A stretch of DNA of 64,000 nt from Ilumatobacteraceae bacterium. GTDB lineage: Bacteria > Actinomycetota > Acidimicrobiia > Acidimicrobiales > Ilumatobacteraceae. How positions within the stretch are numbered: position 1 is the first letter of the stretch; each line of letters opens with the position of its first letter. Location of the stretch: NCBI GenBank assembly GCA_963778175.1, contig CAVZTM010000018.1, forward strand, positions 31,628-95,627, written 5' to 3'. Below the pieces are notes generated by a model that saw only the letters and a list, made by a program, of their open reading frames with translations, did no database searches and was not told where the DNA came from. Both the position numbers and the translations under genes were made by a program. Below are positions 61,702-64,000 of the stretch, piece by piece.

Positions 61702-63859
61702 TCATGCCCCGCTTCTCGGGACCTCGCGACGACCGCCGCGAGCCGGGCGCGAACTCAGGGCGGGGTCTGGAGGGCGGCAGCCGATCAGCTGCGCGTAGTA
61801 CTCCTGGCCGGCGGGACGGAGGTGATAGCCGTCGCTGTAGAAGCACTCCCCCGGACAGCCGTCGTCGAGCCCGGCCCAGTCGAGCAGCGACACGTTGGGG
61901 TAGGTGTTCGCCGTGTCGTAGATGAGCCCGTTGTTGCCGGCGGTGTAGTCGCGCGGCACGTCGATGGTCAGCAGGAGCACCTGGGGCACGTCAGCGAGTG
62001 CCTCCATCATCGTGGTCATGTCGCTCGGGCTGATCGGACCGTTGGTGCCCAGGTGCACCACGACGACGTCGCCGAGGCGCCCTTGCTCCTTCAGCGTGAG
62101 CACGGTCTCGAGGCCGTTCACGAAGGCGCGGCTCTCCACCGCATCGACGGTGAAGCCCTGCGCTGCGAGCTGCGTGGCGGCACCGAGCATCACGGAGTCA
62201 CCGAGCGCCAGCTTCGGGGATGACCGCCGGAGCGACGGTCGTGGTCGTCGTCTCCACCGTCGGCGGCGGCACGACCGCCACCGATCCGGTCGGGCTCGTC
62301 GCCGCGGTGTCCTCGGGTACCGCGGTGATGTCGGCGACGGCGTTGTCGGGGACCGTCTCGTCGACGCCGTCGCAGTTCGGATCGTTGACGACGTCACAGG
62401 TGGCTCCTGCGGCAGCATCGAGCGACTGGCGGACCTCGTTCTCGACCACCTTGGCCGTCGCCAGGCTCACGCCGGCGAACACCATCAGGCCGGCGAGCAC
62501 CACGCCGCACGCGAGCAGGAGGTTCCGCAGCCCGGACACGGGCGAGTTGCGGATCCGTCGCCAGGAGGCACCGAGGGTGCCCTTGCGGATCGGGGTCTCG
62601 ACGAACCGGTAGGACAGCTCGGTGATGATCCCGGTGGCGATCATGGCGAACACGAACTCGGCGAACGAGAGGTGGACGCCGGCGATGCCCCGGATGATCT
62701 GATAGATCGGCCAGTGGTAGAGGTACAGCCCGTACGAGCGGGTACCGATCCAGAGCAGCACCGGGATGCTCAGCACCTTCGACGTGACCGCTCGCTGATG
62801 GGTGACCGCAGCGACCATCATCAGCGTGGCGACGGCGCAGAGCAGGAACCCGCCGCGGAACAGCACCGGGTTGCCACCCGATGGTCCGATCAGCCACATC
62901 CACCACGTCATCGCGGCGAGGATGAGCAGACCGACGAGCGCGACGACGTCGAGCAACGGCCCCTTCGTACGCAGCGGGCCGCGCATCACGGCGACCGGCC
63001 GCCACACCATCGCGAACGCGGCACCCAGCAGGAGGCCTGCGGCCCGGCTGAAGGTACCGAGGTAGGACCAGTCGAACTTGGAGATCTCCCGGCCGAACAC
63101 CGACCAGTAGGCGTCGGGCGTGACCTCCGGCGTGCCGATCGGCCCGGACGTGTAGACGAGCGCGACGAAGACCGTGATGACGAGTGCGGTCACGACCAGC
63201 CAGCGGCTGATGTCGGCGATCCGCCGGGTTCCGCCGCGCAGCAGCGCGAACATCACGAGCGGCCAGACGACGTAGAACTGTTCCTCGACGGCGAGGCTCC
63301 AGAGGTGGCGCAGCGGTGCGAACTCGTTGGCGGCGGTGTAGCCGGCCCCGGTCCAGATCTGGTACCAGTTCGACACGTAGAGGAGCGCGGCGATGACGTC
63401 GCCGCGGAGCTTGCCGAGCGCGTCACGGTCGAAGATGGCGGTCCAGATCGACAGCGCGATCAGCATCGTGTACAGCGCCGGGAGCAGGCGCCGGGCCCGC
63501 CGGAACCAGAACTGCTTCATGTCGACGGTGGAGGTGCGTTCCTTCTCCGAGATCAGCAGCAGCGTGATCAGGTAGCCGGAGATGACGAAGAACACCTCGA
63601 CGCCGAGGTAGCCGCCGGGGAGCCAGTCGGCGTTGGCGTGGTACACCATGACGGCGACGACGGCGAGCGCCCGCATGCCGTCGAGGCCCGGCAGGTACGG
63701 GCACCTTGCTGATCTCGGCGGAGTGCACGCCGGACCTCGGGGCGTCGTCGGGCACGTCGGGGCCCTTGCCCCAGGGGATCCCGATGCGTTGTCTCGGTCG
63801 CCGCGTCGGCCCGTGTCGGAGCGTTCGGCGGCGTCGGTACTCGCGGACATGGGGTTCAC
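61702..63859 (-). pseudogene. acyltransferase-3 / SGNH fusion (OafA-like), paralogue 2, frame changes near 62215 and near 63700
   Basis: ORF 62198..63859 is the membrane domain, by eye about three quarters identical to paralogue 1 over the first 130 aa. The SGNH part [10 protein letters not shown]...HLGTNG...FYSDGYHLRPAG is in ORF 61702..62418. The conserved ISKVP before YLPGLDG is out of frame. Start is ATG 63850 or GTG 63859. Confidence 0.8.
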
Positions 63860-64000
63860 GCGGTACTCGGGCGCCCGTCGGATCGAGGATGCACGAGACC
63901 GAGGTTGCTGCAGATGGCGACGACGGACTCGGGCCGGTTGAGCGCGTAGAGGTGCAGTCCGGGCGTGCCGGCATCGATCAGGTCGCTGCAGAGCTGCGAC
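63856..64000 (-). CDS. metF: methylenetetrahydrofolate reductase, C-terminal 47 codons (gene continues past the right edge)
   Basis: My reverse translation gives ...LIDAGTPGLHLYALNRPESVVAICSNLGL... then TGA (63856-58). The GxPGxHxYxLNR motif is typical of the MetF C-terminus. Confidence 0.55.
   Translation of the reverse strand, partial: SQLCSDLIDAGTPGLHLYALNRPESVVAICSNLGLVHPRSDGRPSTA

Noticed and set aside
63690-63800. Compensated double frameshift at the N-terminus of acyltransferase paralogue 2
   Set aside because: The out-of-frame conserved ISKVP segment could equally be explained by a start codon in that frame (GTG before PDDAPRSG...) plus a single indel at the VP/YLPGLDG junction. The sequence alone cannot decide.

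Overview
Very GC-rich chromosomal core segment from an actinobacterium. The lineage call is an inference from two WhiB genes, SenX3/RegX3, DUF3097 and coproporphyrin-type heme genes. I recognise about 60 protein genes and no rRNA, tRNA, CRISPR array, transposase, integrase or prophage gene. Gene order: HelD-like helicase (partial) | hemE-hemH-hemY-sortase-lnt | dtd | aldose-epimerase-like | GT4-methyltransferase-prenyltransferase-like module | OmpA-like | plsC-MFS | O-methyltransferase, nitroreductase | tesB | PQQ sugar dehydrogenase | RIO kinase | serine hydrolase | moaE-small TM-mreB | hypothetical | SDR epimerase | DUF2342 | MFS-regX3-senX3-phoU-pstBACS-ppk (one co-directional phosphate block) | whiB, tatA, whiB | VWA / class III cyclase / ChlI-like AAA+ | GH2 | sdhCAB | hppA | DUF3097 | SDR | DUF4349 | hypothetical | SCP2 | Fpg/Nei | deoD | META lipoprotein | Crp/Fnr + divergent unknown | mdh | two tandem acyltransferase-3/SGNH paralogues | metF (partial). 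Main caveat: by manual reading there are roughly 50 single-base frame changes inside conserved genes, mostly in the insertion direction. They are 4-5 times denser over the phosphate block (28.1-36.3 kb). Several long track ORFs (hemE-hemH, hemY-sortase, lnt read-through, acyltransferase-mdh) are therefore artefactual fusions, and I list the affected genes as pseudogenes as sequenced. Items worth follow-up: a 29-nt palindromic repeat family sitting on the stop codons of neighbouring genes at three loci; a ChlI-like AAA+/VWA pair split by an opposite-strand minimal nucleotide cyclase; a PHO-box-like direct repeat and a 20-bp hairpin in the pst operon; an Lnt homologue with Ser at the catalytic Cys position; a Crp/Fnr regulator divergent from an internally duplicated unknown protein, with a CRP-like site between them; and a translationally coupled GT-MT-prenyltransferase-like module. 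Hand-derived coordinates (starts, hairpins, frameshift sites) may be off by a few bases.
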